A stretch of DNA of 64,000 nt, taken from contig CBDATA010000001.1 of assembly GCA_965199715.1 (NCBI GenBank), forward strand, positions 224,001 to 288,000, in the 5' to 3' direction. The notes under the pieces are model-generated. The model was not told the origin of the DNA and searched no databases. It saw only the letters and a program-made list of their open reading frames with translations. A program made the translations under genes and the position numbers. Every line of letters starts with the position of its first letter. The stretch's first letter is position 1. This DNA comes from Vicinamibacteria bacterium (GTDB lineage: Bacteria > Acidobacteriota > Vicinamibacteria > Marinacidobacterales > Marinacidobacteraceae). Shown here one piece after another: positions 51,795-61,959 of the stretch.

Positions 51795-52348
51795 ACGACT
51801 TCCGATTCCGCGTTGCGTGGATCGCCTTCAGCGCCGCCGGCATGAGCCTCGCCGCAGCCGTCGGCCGGCCGCTTTCGATGTGGGTCGGCGGCCATGCGCA
51901 CGAGGCCATGGGCGCCTTCTTCGGCGAGGCCGCGATCGGGACCGTGGCGGGCGGCGTGACGCTCGGCGGGGTCGGGGTCGCGCAGGCGATCGCGCTGCGG
52001 GGCCGCGCCGCGGGGGCGATCCGCTGGGCGCTCGCTTCCGGCCTCGGGGGCGCGTCGGCCGCCGCGAGCGCGTTCGCCCTGTTCACGGTCCTTCCGGGGC
52101 CGGGCCTCGCGACCGCCGTGGCCGCCGCGGTCGGAGTCGCGAGCTGGATTGCGGCGTTCTCGGCGTTCCTCCCCGGCTGCCGGCTGCTCGGCCCGGCGAG
52201 CGCCGCCGCCTTTCTCGCGGCGGCCGCGGTCGCCGCGGGGGCCGGCGCGCTCCTCGGACTTGCGGGCGGCGGCGCTGCGTTCGCGGCCCTGATGGGCGCC
52301 CAGTACGGCCTCCTGCTGCTGCCGGCGCTCGCCCGATGGACGGCTTAA
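51791..52348 (+). CDS. Hypothetical membrane protein
   Basis: TTG overlapping the ygfZ stop; about 6 Gly/Ala-rich TM segments. Confidence 0.55.
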   Translation: MNDFRFRVAWIAFSAAGMSLAAAVGRPLSMWVGGHAHEAMGAFFGEAAIGTVAGGVTLGGVGVAQAIALRGRAAGAIRWALASGLGGASAAASAFALFTVLPGPGLATAVAAAVGVASWIAAFSAFLPGCRLLGPASAAAFLAAAAVAAGAGALLGLAGGGAAFAALMGAQYGLLLLPALARWTA

Positions 52349-52421
52349 CCCGCCGCAGCGTTAGACTTGGCCCCCAGAACCGGCCCGACTCGGCTTCGAC
52401 GACGGCCATAATCACCGCCAC

Positions 52422-53045
52422 ATGGACGAGACCGAGACCACGCCGCCCTACGAGCCGGGGGACCAGATCTTCTACCCGCAGGTCGGTCACTGCGAGGTCG
52501 GCGACACGATCGCCGACGCCCGCAGCGGGCTGGAGCTTCTGGAGCTCACGCCGCAGGACGCGACCGGCGCGGTTCCTTCCCGGAACCGCATCCTCGTGCC
52601 GACCGGGCAGTTGGACGCCTGCCGGATCCGCCGCCCCGGCGCCGCGCCCGGCGTGATCGCCGACATTCTGGGCTCCGACTTCGAGCCCACGATCGAGGAC
52701 GCGACCGAGCGGCTGGACCTGATCGCCGAGCAGGAGCGCGAGGGATCGGTGAAGGCGCTGGCGCTCGCGCTGAAACGGCTCCACCTCCGCCGGGAGATGA
52801 AGACGATCACCCGCGAGGAGGAGCGGCACCGCGCCCGGATTCGAAAGTGGCTCGTGCTCGAGTACATGGCGGAAGAGGACTGCACCGCCGGACAGGCGCA
52901 GGCAGCGATCACCCGCCTGCTGCGCGCCACGATGATGAAGGTGCGCAACCGCGAGAAGGAAGCGGCCCGGCAGCGCCGCAAGGAAGAGCGCGCGGCCCGC
53001 ATCGCGAAGGAAACCGAGCGCCGCCGCCGCAAGGGTCGTCACTGA
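52422..53045 (+). CDS. CarD/CdnL-family transcription regulator (divergent)
   Basis: YEPGDQIFYPQVGHCEV RNAP-interaction domain pattern, ILVP..IR and helical C-domain; CATAAT upstream. Confidence 0.7.
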   Translation: MDETETTPPYEPGDQIFYPQVGHCEVGDTIADARSGLELLELTPQDATGAVPSRNRILVPTGQLDACRIRRPGAAPGVIADILGSDFEPTIEDATERLDLIAEQEREGSVKALALALKRLHLRREMKTITREEERHRARIRKWLVLEYMAEEDCTAGQAQAAITRLLRATMMKVRNREKEAARQRRKEERAARIAKETERRRRKGRH

Positions 53046-53064
53046 CGGCCCGCCCCGCCCCCGC

Positions 53065-54094
53065 GTGACCTTGCTCGCGCACCTCGCGCACCGCATCGCC
53101 CGGGGCGGCGCCGAACCTGCCGCCACGCAGGCCCTCGCCTACGTCCTCGGCGCGCACGACGACCTCCTGAAGGCGTTCGTGAGCGCCCTGAGAGCCGACT
53201 TCGCCCCGGAAGCGTCGTCTGCGAAGAAGCTGCGGAGGACGGACGGCCGGACCTCCCGATCCGGGACGCGGACGACGACGCGCGGCTGCTCGTCGAGAAC
53301 AGGTTCAGGGCGGGACTGACCGAGAAGCAACCCGTGGGCTACCTCCATTCGCTTCCCGAGGACGTTCCGTCCATGCTCGTCTTCGTCGTTCCCCATGAAC
53401 GGATGAGCGTTCTCTGGCCGGAGCTCCTGAAACGGTGCGGCCAGCCGCTCGAGATCGTCTCCGACAGGGGCGAGGTCCCTTCCGGGCGGCTCGGACAACG
53501 CACGCTCGCCATCACGAGCTGGAAGCACGTCCTGAACGAGCTCTCCCGGGAGTCAGGGCCGGCGGGCCTCCGCGAGGACGTCGCGCAACTCCAGGGCCTT
53601 GCGACCGAACTCGACGACGAGGGATCTCTCCCGCTCCGCGACGAGGAACTCACGGACCGGCGCGCGCCGAAGCGACTGACGCAGTATCGGGCGCTGATCG
53701 AGCGGATCATCCTTGACCTCGCCATGGCGTACCCGGCGGAGCGGCGGCGCGTGAGCCGGGGCGCCGCCTGGACCGGCCGGTCGGTCCATGTCGGTGTGGC
53801 CTCTTGCTTCCGCATGAGCATCGAATTCGAGAGTTGGCGCCGATGGGGCGCTCACCGATCCGCGTGCGGCGGGAGGCGGACCGGGAAGGCGATCTCGTCG
53901 TGACTCGGGCGGTGAGCGTGCTCCGGGACGCGAAGGAGGAGGTATTCGAACACGAAGGAGAGATGCGGATTCCGGTCCGACCGGCCACCGGCGTGGAGCG
54001 GGACCGGGTCGTCGAAACAGCGGTGACCCGGCTTGGCCGGATCGCCGACCGGATCGCCCAAGCGTTCCCCGACCAGAGTCTCCCGCGTCCATGA
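53065..54094 (+). pseudogene. PD-(D/E)XK nuclease-like gene with two frameshifts
   Basis: Three consecutive frame pieces join as EPAATQALAYVL / GRPDL..VENRFRAGLTEKQPVGYL / IPVR..GVERDRVV; shifts near 53207 and 53848. Confidence 0.6.
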
Positions 54095-55629
54095 GCGACC
54101 TCTTCCGCGCCGCGCGCCCGGCCCCGCCCCGGCCCAAGCCGGTTTTCCAGCGCGGGTCGGCGGAGGCGCCGTGGTCCGTGGACAAGCTGAGCGAGCGCAT
54201 CGCCCGCGTGCTCGGCTCCGGCTTCCCGGGGCGCATCTGGGTCGAGGGCGAGCTCTCGCGCATCACCCGGCACCGGAACGGCGCGGCGTACCTGAGCCTC
54301 CAGGAGGGACGCGCCGTCCTCGAGGCGGTCGCCTGGAGCGAGGCGGCGCGCCGGCTGCCGGACGGCCTGCGCCAGGGCGATCAGGTGCGCGTCCTCGGGT
54401 CGGTGCGCACCTGGAAGGGCAGCAGCCGCTACCAGATCCAGGTCGAGCGGGTGGAGCGGGCCGGGCTCGGCCAGTTGCTCCAGCAGCTCAAGGAGCTCGA
54501 AATCCAGCTCGCTCGCGAGGGCCTTTTCTCCGATGCGCGCAAGCGCCCGCTTCCCCGGGCGCCGCTGCGGGTCGGCCTCCTCGCGTCGCGCGGCAGCGAC
54601 GGCTGGCGGGACTTCATCGACACGGCCCGGCGGCGCTTTCCCCGCGTCGAGATCCTCTCGTGGCACAGCCTCGTCCAGGGGCCGCGCGCTCCCAGGGAGC
54701 TGGTCCACGGCCTGCGGCAGCTCGCCCGCGCCGAGCCGGACATGATCGTCATCACCCGGGGCGGCGGATCGTTCGAGGACCTGCTCGCCTTCAGCGACGA
54801 GGCGGTGGTCCGCGCCGCGGCCGCCTGCCCGATCCCGGTCGTGAGCGCGATCGGGCATGACGCCGACCGTCCGCTCCTCGACCAGGCCGCCGACGTCCGC
54901 GCGAAGACCCCGACCGCCGCCGCCGAAGAGAACGTCCCGGACCTGCGCGACCTGCTCGGCGAGCTCGACCACGCGCGCCAGTCCGCGGGCCGCGCCGCCG
55001 AGCTCCGGCTGGACCGGGCGCGGCGCGGGCTTGCGGCCCGGGCGACGCACCGGGGCCTCGCGGCGCTCGCCGCCCGGATCCGCGACGACCGGACCCGGAT
55101 CGCGGCCGCCCGGCAGGCGGCGACCGACGCGGCCCGCCGGCGCCTCGACCGGGCCGCGGCCGCGTGGCGCGAGCGGGGCGAAGGACTCGCGGCGCGGCAC
55201 CCGGGCGAGCGTCTCGAACGCCGCAAGCGGGCCGTCGCCGCGCTTCGCGACCGGATTGGCGCCCTCGACCCGGTCGGATCGCGCTGGCGGCGGCTCCCCG
55301 GCCTCGCCGCCCGGATCTCTCCGGACCGCTTGCTGCGGCGGATCGAGGCGGCGCGCCGCGACGCGGCCCGGGACGCCGAGCGGGCCCGCTCCGCCGCGAC
55401 CCGCTCGTTCGACGGCGCCCGCGCCCGCGCCGAACGCTGGGGCGAGCGGGTGCGCGGCCGGAACCCGCTGCTCGTGCTCCAGCGGGGATACAGTCTCGCC
55501 CTCGACGCGGAGGGGCGGGTGCTCCGCTCGTCCGCGCAGGTGGCCGACGGCGACGCGATCCGCGTCCGGCTGGCCGAGGGCGGACTGGACGCCCGCGTCC
55601 TCAAGCGTCACGAACAGGTGCCGGAATGA
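54091..55629 (+). CDS. xseA: Exodeoxyribonuclease VII large subunit
   Basis: IWVEGELS, RGGGSFEDLLAF, SAIGHDAD, TPTAAAE and LQRGYS motifs. Confidence 0.95.
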   Translation: MSDLFRAARPAPPRPKPVFQRGSAEAPWSVDKLSERIARVLGSGFPGRIWVEGELSRITRHRNGAAYLSLQEGRAVLEAVAWSEAARRLPDGLRQGDQVRVLGSVRTWKGSSRYQIQVERVERAGLGQLLQQLKELEIQLAREGLFSDARKRPLPRAPLRVGLLASRGSDGWRDFIDTARRRFPRVEILSWHSLVQGPRAPRELVHGLRQLARAEPDMIVITRGGGSFEDLLAFSDEAVVRAAAACPIPVVSAIGHDADRPLLDQAADVRAKTPTAAAEENVPDLRDLLGELDHARQSAGRAAELRLDRARRGLAARATHRGLAALAARIRDDRTRIAAARQAATDAARRRLDRAAAAWRERGEGLAARHPGERLERRKRAVAALRDRIGALDPVGSRWRRLPGLAARISPDRLLRRIEAARRDAARDAERARSAATRSFDGARARAERWGERVRGRNPLLVLQRGYSLALDAEGRVLRSSAQVADGDAIRVRLAEGGLDARVLKRHEQVPE

Positions 55630-56036
55630 ACGAAACGCCCCCCTACGAAGCGCTGGAGACGGAGCTCGACGAAACCCTCGAGAAGCTGGAGAGCCCGGGC
55701 ATCCAGTTGGAGGAGCGCCTGCGGCTCCACAACCGGGCCACCGTGCTCTACGGATCGCTCGAGACCCGGCTGACCGAGGCGCGCACCGAGCTGGAGCGCG
55801 GCGCCCCCGAGCCGCCCGGAGATCCCGAGTCCGAGACCTACGAGGCGCTCAGCGCCCGGCTCGAGCGGACCGTGGAAGCCATGGAGGGCGACGACCTGCC
55901 GCTCCGGAAGTCGCTCGAGCTCCGGCGCGAGGCGCTGCTCCTCGCCGCGCGCTGCGAGCGGATCCTCGAGAGCGCCAGCGGGCGCATCCGCAACCTCGAC
56001 CGCCCCGAGGAAGACCGCGATGACGCTCCCTTCTGA
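55626..56036 (+). CDS. xseB: Exodeoxyribonuclease VII small subunit with two tandem XseB domains (136 aa)
   Basis: ATG overlapping the xseA stop; two YEAL..LE..L.LE repeats; between xseA and ispA. Confidence 0.85.
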   Translation: MNETPPYEALETELDETLEKLESPGIQLEERLRLHNRATVLYGSLETRLTEARTELERGAPEPPGDPESETYEALSARLERTVEAMEGDDLPLRKSLELRREALLLAARCERILESASGRIRNLDRPEEDRDDAPF

Positions 56037-56928
56037 GGCGGAAGAACTCGAGCGATTCCTCGCCGCGTGCGCGAGGGACGTCGAGGCGCGCCTCGACGCG
56101 GCGCTGCCGGACGACGACGAGCTCGGCGCCGCGATGCGGCACGCGACCCTCGCCGGCGGAAAGCGCATCCGCCCGGCGCTCGCCGTCGCTTCGGCGAGGT
56201 GCGTCGGCGGCGCGCCCGGCGGCGCGCTCGCCGCGGCCGCCGCGGTCGAGCTGATCCACACCTATTCGCTCATCCACGACGACCTGCCGTGCATGGACGA
56301 CGACGACCTGCGCCGCGGCAAGCCGACCGTCCACGTCCAGTACGGGGAGGCGCTGGCGGTGCTCGCCGGCGACGCGCTCCAGGCCCTCGCCTTCGAGCAG
56401 TTGGCCGACGCGCCGGGACTCTCGGCCGAAGTCCGGATCGCCTGCGTCAAGCGGCTCGGGGCCGCGTCGGGCGCCGGCGCCCTCGTCGGGGGGCAGGCGG
56501 CGGACCTGCGCGCGGAGACCCATCCCGTCGGGCGCGAGGAACTGGAATCGATCCACCGCCGCAAGACCGGGGCGCTCCTCGGCGCCTCCGCCGCGCTCGG
56601 CGGCCTGTCCGGCGGAGGCTCCCCGAAGGCCGTGGACGCCCTCGAGGCGTTCGGTCGGGAGATCGGACTCGTCTTCCAGATCGTGGACGACCTCCTCGAC
56701 GAGGAAGCGACGAGCGCGGACCTCGGCAAGCGGGCCGGCAAGGACCGCTCCGCCGGGAAGGCCACCTATCCGCGCCTCGCCGGCCTCGAAGCGGCGCGGG
56801 CGGAGGCCGGATCCCGCGCCGAAGCCGCCCGGAGCCGGCTCGTCGCCGACCTCGGCTCCGGCGCCGACCCCGACGGCCTGCGGCTGCTCCAACTGCTCGC
56901 GAACCGCATCCTCGAGCGGCGGGCCTGA
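56020..56928 (+). CDS. ispA: Farnesyl/geranyl diphosphate synthase
   Basis: GGKRIRP, HDDLPCMDDDDLRRG, KTG and FQIVDDLLD motifs. Confidence 0.93.
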   Translation: MTLPSEAEELERFLAACARDVEARLDAALPDDDELGAAMRHATLAGGKRIRPALAVASARCVGGAPGGALAAAAAVELIHTYSLIHDDLPCMDDDDLRRGKPTVHVQYGEALAVLAGDALQALAFEQLADAPGLSAEVRIACVKRLGAASGAGALVGGQAADLRAETHPVGREELESIHRRKTGALLGASAALGGLSGGGSPKAVDALEAFGREIGLVFQIVDDLLDEEATSADLGKRAGKDRSAGKATYPRLAGLEAARAEAGSRAEAARSRLVADLGSGADPDGLRLLQLLANRILERRA

Positions 56929-56929
56929 C

Positions 56930-57874
56930 GTGCCGGCTCCGGCCGAATTCGCCATCCCCGCCGGGGAGATCCCGCGGATCGGAGTCGCGGCGAAGCTGAG
57001 CGCCCCCGACGCGGTCGAGACCGCGGGCGGCCTCGTCGAGTGGCTCGCCGCGCACGGCGCGGAGACCGCCGTCGAGGACCGACTCGCCCGGCTCATGGAC
57101 CACCGGGGCGCGGTCGCCGCCCAGGAGGAGCTCGGCGACGGCCGGCACTTCGTCGTCGTTCTCGGCGGCGACGGCACGCTGCTCTCCGTGGCGCGGGCTC
57201 TCGGGGTTCGCCAGAAGCCCCTCTTCGGGGTGAACCTCGGCAGTCTCGGGTTCCTGACCAAGGCTCCGCTGGACCAGCTCTATGAGGGGCTCGGGAGGAT
57301 CCTCGGCGGGAAGTCCTCGCTCGACCGGCGCACCACGCTCGCGGTCGCGGTTCGCCGCGACGGGGCCGTCGTCCGGGAGGAGGTCGCGATCAACGACGTG
57401 GTGGTCACCGGGGGCGCCGTGGCGCGCGTGGTGCAAGTACGCGTAGCCACGGCGCAGGGGTTCGTCGCGACCATCCTCGGCGACGGGGTCATCGTGGCCA
57501 CGCCGACCGGCTCCACGGCCTACAGCCTCGGGGCCGGCGGACCGGTGGTGCACCCCGCCGTGGAGGCGATCATCCTGGCCCCCATCGTTCCGCTCACCCT
57601 GACCCAACGCCCGATGGTCTTCCCCGACAACGAGGAGCTCACGTTGACGCTGCGGGGGCGGCGCGAGCCGGTCCACGTCACCTTCGACGGCCAGGCGAGC
57701 CAGCCGCTTCGCGCCGGCGACGCGATCACCGTGCGGCGATCCCCGGTCCAACTCCAGTTGCTCAGTCCGCCGGGCACGAACTACTTCCGGGTCTTGCGGA
57801 AGAAGCTGCTCTGGAGCGCCCTGCCCCCGAAGCGGCGGCCCGGCGTTCCCCCGACCCCTCCCGAGAAGCCGTGA
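56930..57874 (+). CDS. nadK: NAD+ kinase
   Basis: LGGDGTLL, NLGSLGFL and TPTGSTAYSLGAGGP motifs. Confidence 0.95.
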   Translation: MPAPAEFAIPAGEIPRIGVAAKLSAPDAVETAGGLVEWLAAHGAETAVEDRLARLMDHRGAVAAQEELGDGRHFVVVLGGDGTLLSVARALGVRQKPLFGVNLGSLGFLTKAPLDQLYEGLGRILGGKSSLDRRTTLAVAVRRDGAVVREEVAINDVVVTGGAVARVVQVRVATAQGFVATILGDGVIVATPTGSTAYSLGAGGPVVHPAVEAIILAPIVPLTLTQRPMVFPDNEELTLTLRGRREPVHVTFDGQASQPLRAGDAITVRRSPVQLQLLSPPGTNYFRVLRKKLLWSALPPKRRPGVPPTPPEKP

Positions 57875-58788
57875 GACGCGTCCTCCTCGCGCTCGCGCTC
57901 CTGGTCGGCTGCGGGAGCGAGACCGTGACGGTTCCCCCGGCCCCGCCGCCGCCGCCCGATCCGCCGGGGCCCGACCTGCCCGCCGATCCCGACGCGCTGT
58001 TCCTCGAGGTCCGGCTGGAGGGCGGCTTCGCGCCGCTCGAACACCTGATCGGGCGCCCGCCGGTCCTCGCGCTCACGGTCGGGGGCGACCTGTACTACGA
58101 GGGGCCGCAGATCGAGATCTGGCCGCCGCCGCTCCTGCCGTCGATGATCCGGACCGAGCTCCCGCCGGCGTTGGGCGCCGTCGTCATCGGGACCGCGGTA
58201 GCCGCCGGCCTGCCCGAAGCGGACGACGATCTCATCGTCCAGCCGGGCGGTCCCACCGACCAGCCCACGTGGATCTTCATCTTCCGCGATGCGGACGGCG
58301 AGCGCCGCATCCGCGTGTCGGGCTTCTACGCGCCGACGGACGTGGACCCCCGGGTCCCCCTCCTCCGGGAGCTTCTCGACGCGCTCTTCGCGCGGACCGC
58401 CGAGCTGCCGGGCGAGCCGTACCGGGGCGACCGGATCCAGGCGTTCGTCAGCCGCGACGACCGCCCGAGCGACGACGAGTACCGCCATGTCCTCCCGTGG
58501 CCGCTGCCCGAGCCCCCGCCGCCGCCAGGCGCCGCGGAGTTCGAGTGCCGGATCCACGAGGGCGAAGCCGCCGTCGTCGCGCTCGAGGCCTTCGCCGGCG
58601 CGAACTTCGAGACCCGGTGGGACCATGAGGGCGACGTCCGGATGATCGTCCCGCGGCCGCTCATCCCGGCCGAGCCCGGCTGCGAACCCCGAGGATCCGG
58701 CCGAGGAACCGCCGGGTCCGTTCGTCCTTCGGGTTCTCGAAGAACTCGGCGGGCGGCGCCGCCTCGACCACCGCGCCCTCGTCCATGA
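57871..58788 (+). CDS. Hypothetical lipoprotein
   Basis: LVGC lipobox and Pro-rich linker; 3' end overlaps the convergent gene by 128 bp. Confidence 0.65.
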   Translation: MRRVLLALALLVGCGSETVTVPPAPPPPPDPPGPDLPADPDALFLEVRLEGGFAPLEHLIGRPPVLALTVGGDLYYEGPQIEIWPPPLLPSMIRTELPPALGAVVIGTAVAAGLPEADDDLIVQPGGPTDQPTWIFIFRDADGERRIRVSGFYAPTDVDPRVPLLRELLDALFARTAELPGEPYRGDRIQAFVSRDDRPSDDEYRHVLPWPLPEPPPPPGAAEFECRIHEGEAAVVALEAFAGANFETRWDHEGDVRMIVPRPLIPAEPGCEPRGSGRGTAGSVRPSGSRRTRRAAPPRPPRPRP

Positions 58789-59422
58789 ACGCGACCCGGT
58801 CGGCGACGGTGCGGGCGAAGCCCATCTCGTGGGTCACGACGATCATGGTCATCCCGGTGCTCGCCAGATCGTTCATCACGTCGAGCACCTCCTGGATCAT
58901 CACCGGGTCCAGCGCCGAGGTGGGCTCGTCGAAGAGCATGGCCCGGGGCCGCATGGCGAGCGAGCGGGCGATCGCGGCGCGCTGCTGCTGGCCCCCGGAG
59001 AGCTGACGCGGGTACTTCCCCGCCTGCTCGGGGATCCGGACCCGCTCGAGGAACTCGAGCGCCCGCTCCCGCGCCTCCTCGCGCGAAAGGCCGAGCACCC
59101 GCACCGGGCCGAGCATGCAGTTGTCCAGCACGGTGAGGTGGGGGAACAGGTTGAACTCCTGAAACACCATTCCGATCTCGCGCCGCACCCGGGCGAGGTC
59201 GCGCGCCCCCGGGCGCAGCTCGCGCCCGGCGAACGCGATCCGCCCCTCGTCGTGCTCCTCGAGCCGGTTGACGCAGCGGATGAGCGTGGACTTGCCCGAA
59301 CCCGACGGGCCGCACACGACGACCTTCTCCCCCTCGGCCACGCTCAGGCTGGCGCCCCGCAGCGCGCGGAAGTCCCCGAACCGCTTGTGGACCCCCTCGA
59401 TCTCGATCAGCGGCGCGGCCAT
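58661..59422 (-). CDS. Polar amino-acid ABC transporter ATPase
   Basis: [27 protein letters not shown] and VTHEMGFA motifs. Confidence 0.95.
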   Translation of the reverse strand: MAAPLIEIEGVHKRFGDFRALRGASLSVAEGEKVVVCGPSGSGKSTLIRCVNRLEEHDEGRIAFAGRELRPGARDLARVRREIGMVFQEFNLFPHLTVLDNCMLGPVRVLGLSREEARERALEFLERVRIPEQAGKYPRQLSGGQQQRAAIARSLAMRPRAMLFDEPTSALDPVMIQEVLDVMNDLASTGMTMIVVTHEMGFARTVADRVAFMDEGAVVEAAPPAEFFENPKDERTRRFLGRILGVRSRARPG

Positions 59423-59423
59423 C

Positions 59424-60296
59424 TCAGGCTCCGGCGAGCGCGGCCCGCCGCTCGAAGCGGTCGAACAGCCGGGAAAGGAGGTAGCAGAGGCCGAAGTACA
59501 GCGCGCCGACAGTGATCCAGACTTCGAACACCCGGTTCGTCGAGACCGCGGTCTCGATCGAGAGGAAGGTCAGCTCCTGGACCGAGATGAGCGACAGGAG
59601 CGACGAGTCCTTCACCAGCGTGATGAACTGCCCGGCGAGCGGCGGCGTGACCCGGCGCAGCGCCTGCGGCAGGATCACGCGCCGCCACAACTGGGGCCGC
59701 GTCAGGCCGATGCTGAGGCCGGCGTCGGTCTGCGTTCGGGGGATGGATTGGATCCCGGCGCGCACGATCTCGGTCATGTAGGCGCCCTGGAACATCGCGA
59801 GGCAGAAGACCCCCGAGATCACGTTGGGGATCACGGCGGCCGGACCGAACAGGAACTCGAGGACGGCGAGGGTTCCCGGCGACGCCCCCCGCACCAGCGC
59901 GTCCACGCCGATCAGCGGCATGAGCTGGCTGCTGATGAAGAAGTAGAAGACGAAGATGAAGACGAGCGGCGGCGTGTTCCGGATCAGCTCCACGTAGGAT
60001 CGGCTCAGCAGCCGCGGGAAGAGCCGCCGCCGGGTGCGCATGGTCCCGAACGCCACGCCGAGGAGCGCCGCCGGAACCACGCTCCACAGCGCGAGCCGGA
60101 TCGTGGCGAGGAATCCCTGCGTCAGCAGGTTCGGGACGAGGCGTCCCTCGTCCCGGCGAAAGAAGTACTGCGGGATGACGCTCCAATCCCAGGAGTACTC
60201 GAGGACCGAGTCCACCCGGTGCCCCACGTAGGCGACCGCGGCCGCCGCGCCGAGGAGGACTGCGGCGTCGATCCACGTGAACCGCGGCCGGCTCAC
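59424..60296 (-). CDS. Polar amino-acid ABC transporter permease
   Basis: [18 protein letters not shown] and VILPQA; GTG at 60296. Confidence 0.92.
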   Translation of the reverse strand: MSRPRFTWIDAAVLLGAAAAVAYVGHRVDSVLEYSWDWSVIPQYFFRRDEGRLVPNLLTQGFLATIRLALWSVVPAALLGVAFGTMRTRRRLFPRLLSRSYVELIRNTPPLVFIFVFYFFISSQLMPLIGVDALVRGASPGTLAVLEFLFGPAAVIPNVISGVFCLAMFQGAYMTEIVRAGIQSIPRTQTDAGLSIGLTRPQLWRRVILPQALRRVTPPLAGQFITLVKDSSLLSLISVQELTFLSIETAVSTNRVFEVWITVGALYFGLCYLLSRLFDRFERRAALAGA

Positions 60297-61102
60297 GATT
60301 CCGGCCGCACCCGCCCGACCCAGTCGCGGCTCTTGAACCAGTAGTCGTAGCGCTCCTCGAGCCAGCCGCTCGTGGTGTTCACGAGAATCCAGTTCGAGAA
60401 GAAGTTGAGCGCGTCGGGATCGCCCTTGCGCAGCCCGAAGGCCTCGTCGCCCTGCGAGAGGTTCTCGGTCGTGGGAAGCTCGATGAGGTCCGGGTGCTCG
60501 TGCGCCCACTCGACCGGCTGCGGGTACGAGGCGACCACCGCGTGGGCGTTGCCGTTCAGGACCTCCTGGAACGCCTGCACCTCGTCGTCGAACCGGCGCA
60601 CCGTCGCGGCCGGGAAGAGCCGGTTCGCGTCGGCGCAGGAGGTCGCGCCCCGACGGCAGGTGAGCGTGACCGCCTCGTCGTCGTAGCCGCCGGGCCACTC
60701 CATGCCGGAGGTGAGCTCCCGGTGGGCCGCGATCCCCATGCCGGAGTGCGCGTAGGGAATGGTGAAGTTGATCGTGAGGTTGCGCTGGGGGCGGACGCTG
60801 AGGCCGCCGATGATCACGTCGAACTTCCCGGCGATGAGCGCCGGGATGATCCCGTCCCACGAGGTCGGGACAAACTCGATCTCGACTCCCATGTCCTCGG
60901 CGACCTTGCGCGCCACGTCCACCTCGAACCCGACGAGCTCGCCGTTCCGGTCGCGCAGCGCCCACGGCTCGAAGGTCGAGATCCCGACCATCAGGACGCC
61001 GCGCCGCTGGATCGTCTCGACGACGCTTTCGTGGCGCGTCGCCGGCCCGGCGCAGTGGGCGAGGGAGAGGGCCGCGAGCGCGGCCGCGAGGAACCGGATC
61101 AT
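60293..61102 (-). CDS. Polar amino-acid ABC substrate-binding protein (family 3), probable lipoprotein
   Basis: GFEVDVA and WDGIIPALIAGKFD motifs; LAHC lipobox; alternative start at 61126. Confidence 0.9.
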   Translation of the reverse strand: MIRFLAAALAALSLAHCAGPATRHESVVETIQRRGVLMVGISTFEPWALRDRNGELVGFEVDVARKVAEDMGVEIEFVPTSWDGIIPALIAGKFDVIIGGLSVRPQRNLTINFTIPYAHSGMGIAAHRELTSGMEWPGGYDDEAVTLTCRRGATSCADANRLFPAATVRRFDDEVQAFQEVLNGNAHAVVASYPQPVEWAHEHPDLIELPTTENLSQGDEAFGLRKGDPDALNFFSNWILVNTTSGWLEERYDYWFKSRDWVGRVRPES

Positions 61103-61122
61103 GGGAGCCTCCCGATCGGGGG

Positions 61123-61923
61123 TCATGCGGGAACCCGCGCGCGCCGCTCCAGCCGGTTCGCGAAAACCGAGAGCGCGCAGGTCAGAGCGAGGTACATCGC
61201 CGCCACGGTGAGCCAGATCTCGAAGCTGAGGAACGTCTCGGCGATCACGTTGCGGGCCTGGTTCGTGAGGTCGAACACCGCGATCACGCTCACGATGGCC
61301 GAGTTGCGGATCAAGGAGATGACGACCCCGGTCAGCGGCGGCAGCATCAGCGGGATCGCCTGCGGAAGGATGACGCGGCGGTGGAGGCCGACCGGCCCGA
61401 GCCCGAGCGCGAGTCCCGCCTCGCGCTGGCCTCGGGGCACGCCGAGGATCCCGGCGCGGATCACTTCGCCGGCGAACGCGCCCTCGAAGACCGAGAGCGC
61501 GAGCACGCCCACCCAGAACCGATCGAGTCCGATGATCGGGCCGAGCACGAAGTAGAACAGGTACACCTGAATCAGCAGCGGCGTGTTGCGCGCGAGCTCC
61601 AGCCACGCCTTGGCGAGGAAGCGCCCCGAGAGCGAGTCCGACAGCCGCAGCAGCGCGGCCCCGAGCCCGATCGCGAGCGTGAGGATCGAGGCCCACGCGG
61701 CGATCTGCAGCGTCACGCCGAGCCCGCGCAGCAGGGGCCCCCATTCGAGCCCGCCGTCGCCCATTCGGACGAGGGTCTCGGGGATGCGGTGCCACTGCCA
61801 GTTGTACCCCATGCCGCGGGCGCCGGAGACCGCGAGCGCGACCACGACGGCGGCGAAGACGAGGAACTGGACCGCGTCGAACCACGGGGCCTTCCAGAAG
61901 GGGCGGCGGGACCGATCCGTCAT
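61123..61923 (-). CDS. Polar amino-acid ABC transporter permease
   Basis: RNTPLLIQ, EVIRAGI, GQREAG and ILPQA motifs. Confidence 0.92.
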   Translation of the reverse strand: MTDRSRRPFWKAPWFDAVQFLVFAAVVVALAVSGARGMGYNWQWHRIPETLVRMGDGGLEWGPLLRGLGVTLQIAAWASILTLAIGLGAALLRLSDSLSGRFLAKAWLELARNTPLLIQVYLFYFVLGPIIGLDRFWVGVLALSVFEGAFAGEVIRAGILGVPRGQREAGLALGLGPVGLHRRVILPQAIPLMLPPLTGVVISLIRNSAIVSVIAVFDLTNQARNVIAETFLSFEIWLTVAAMYLALTCALSVFANRLERRARVPA

Positions 61924-61959
61924 CCCCCTCGCTCTCCCGCCGGAACGGGAGGATACCGC

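Noticed and set aside
57920-57990. CCG-rich tract resembling a simple repeat
   Set aside because: It encodes the Pro-rich linker of a lipoprotein
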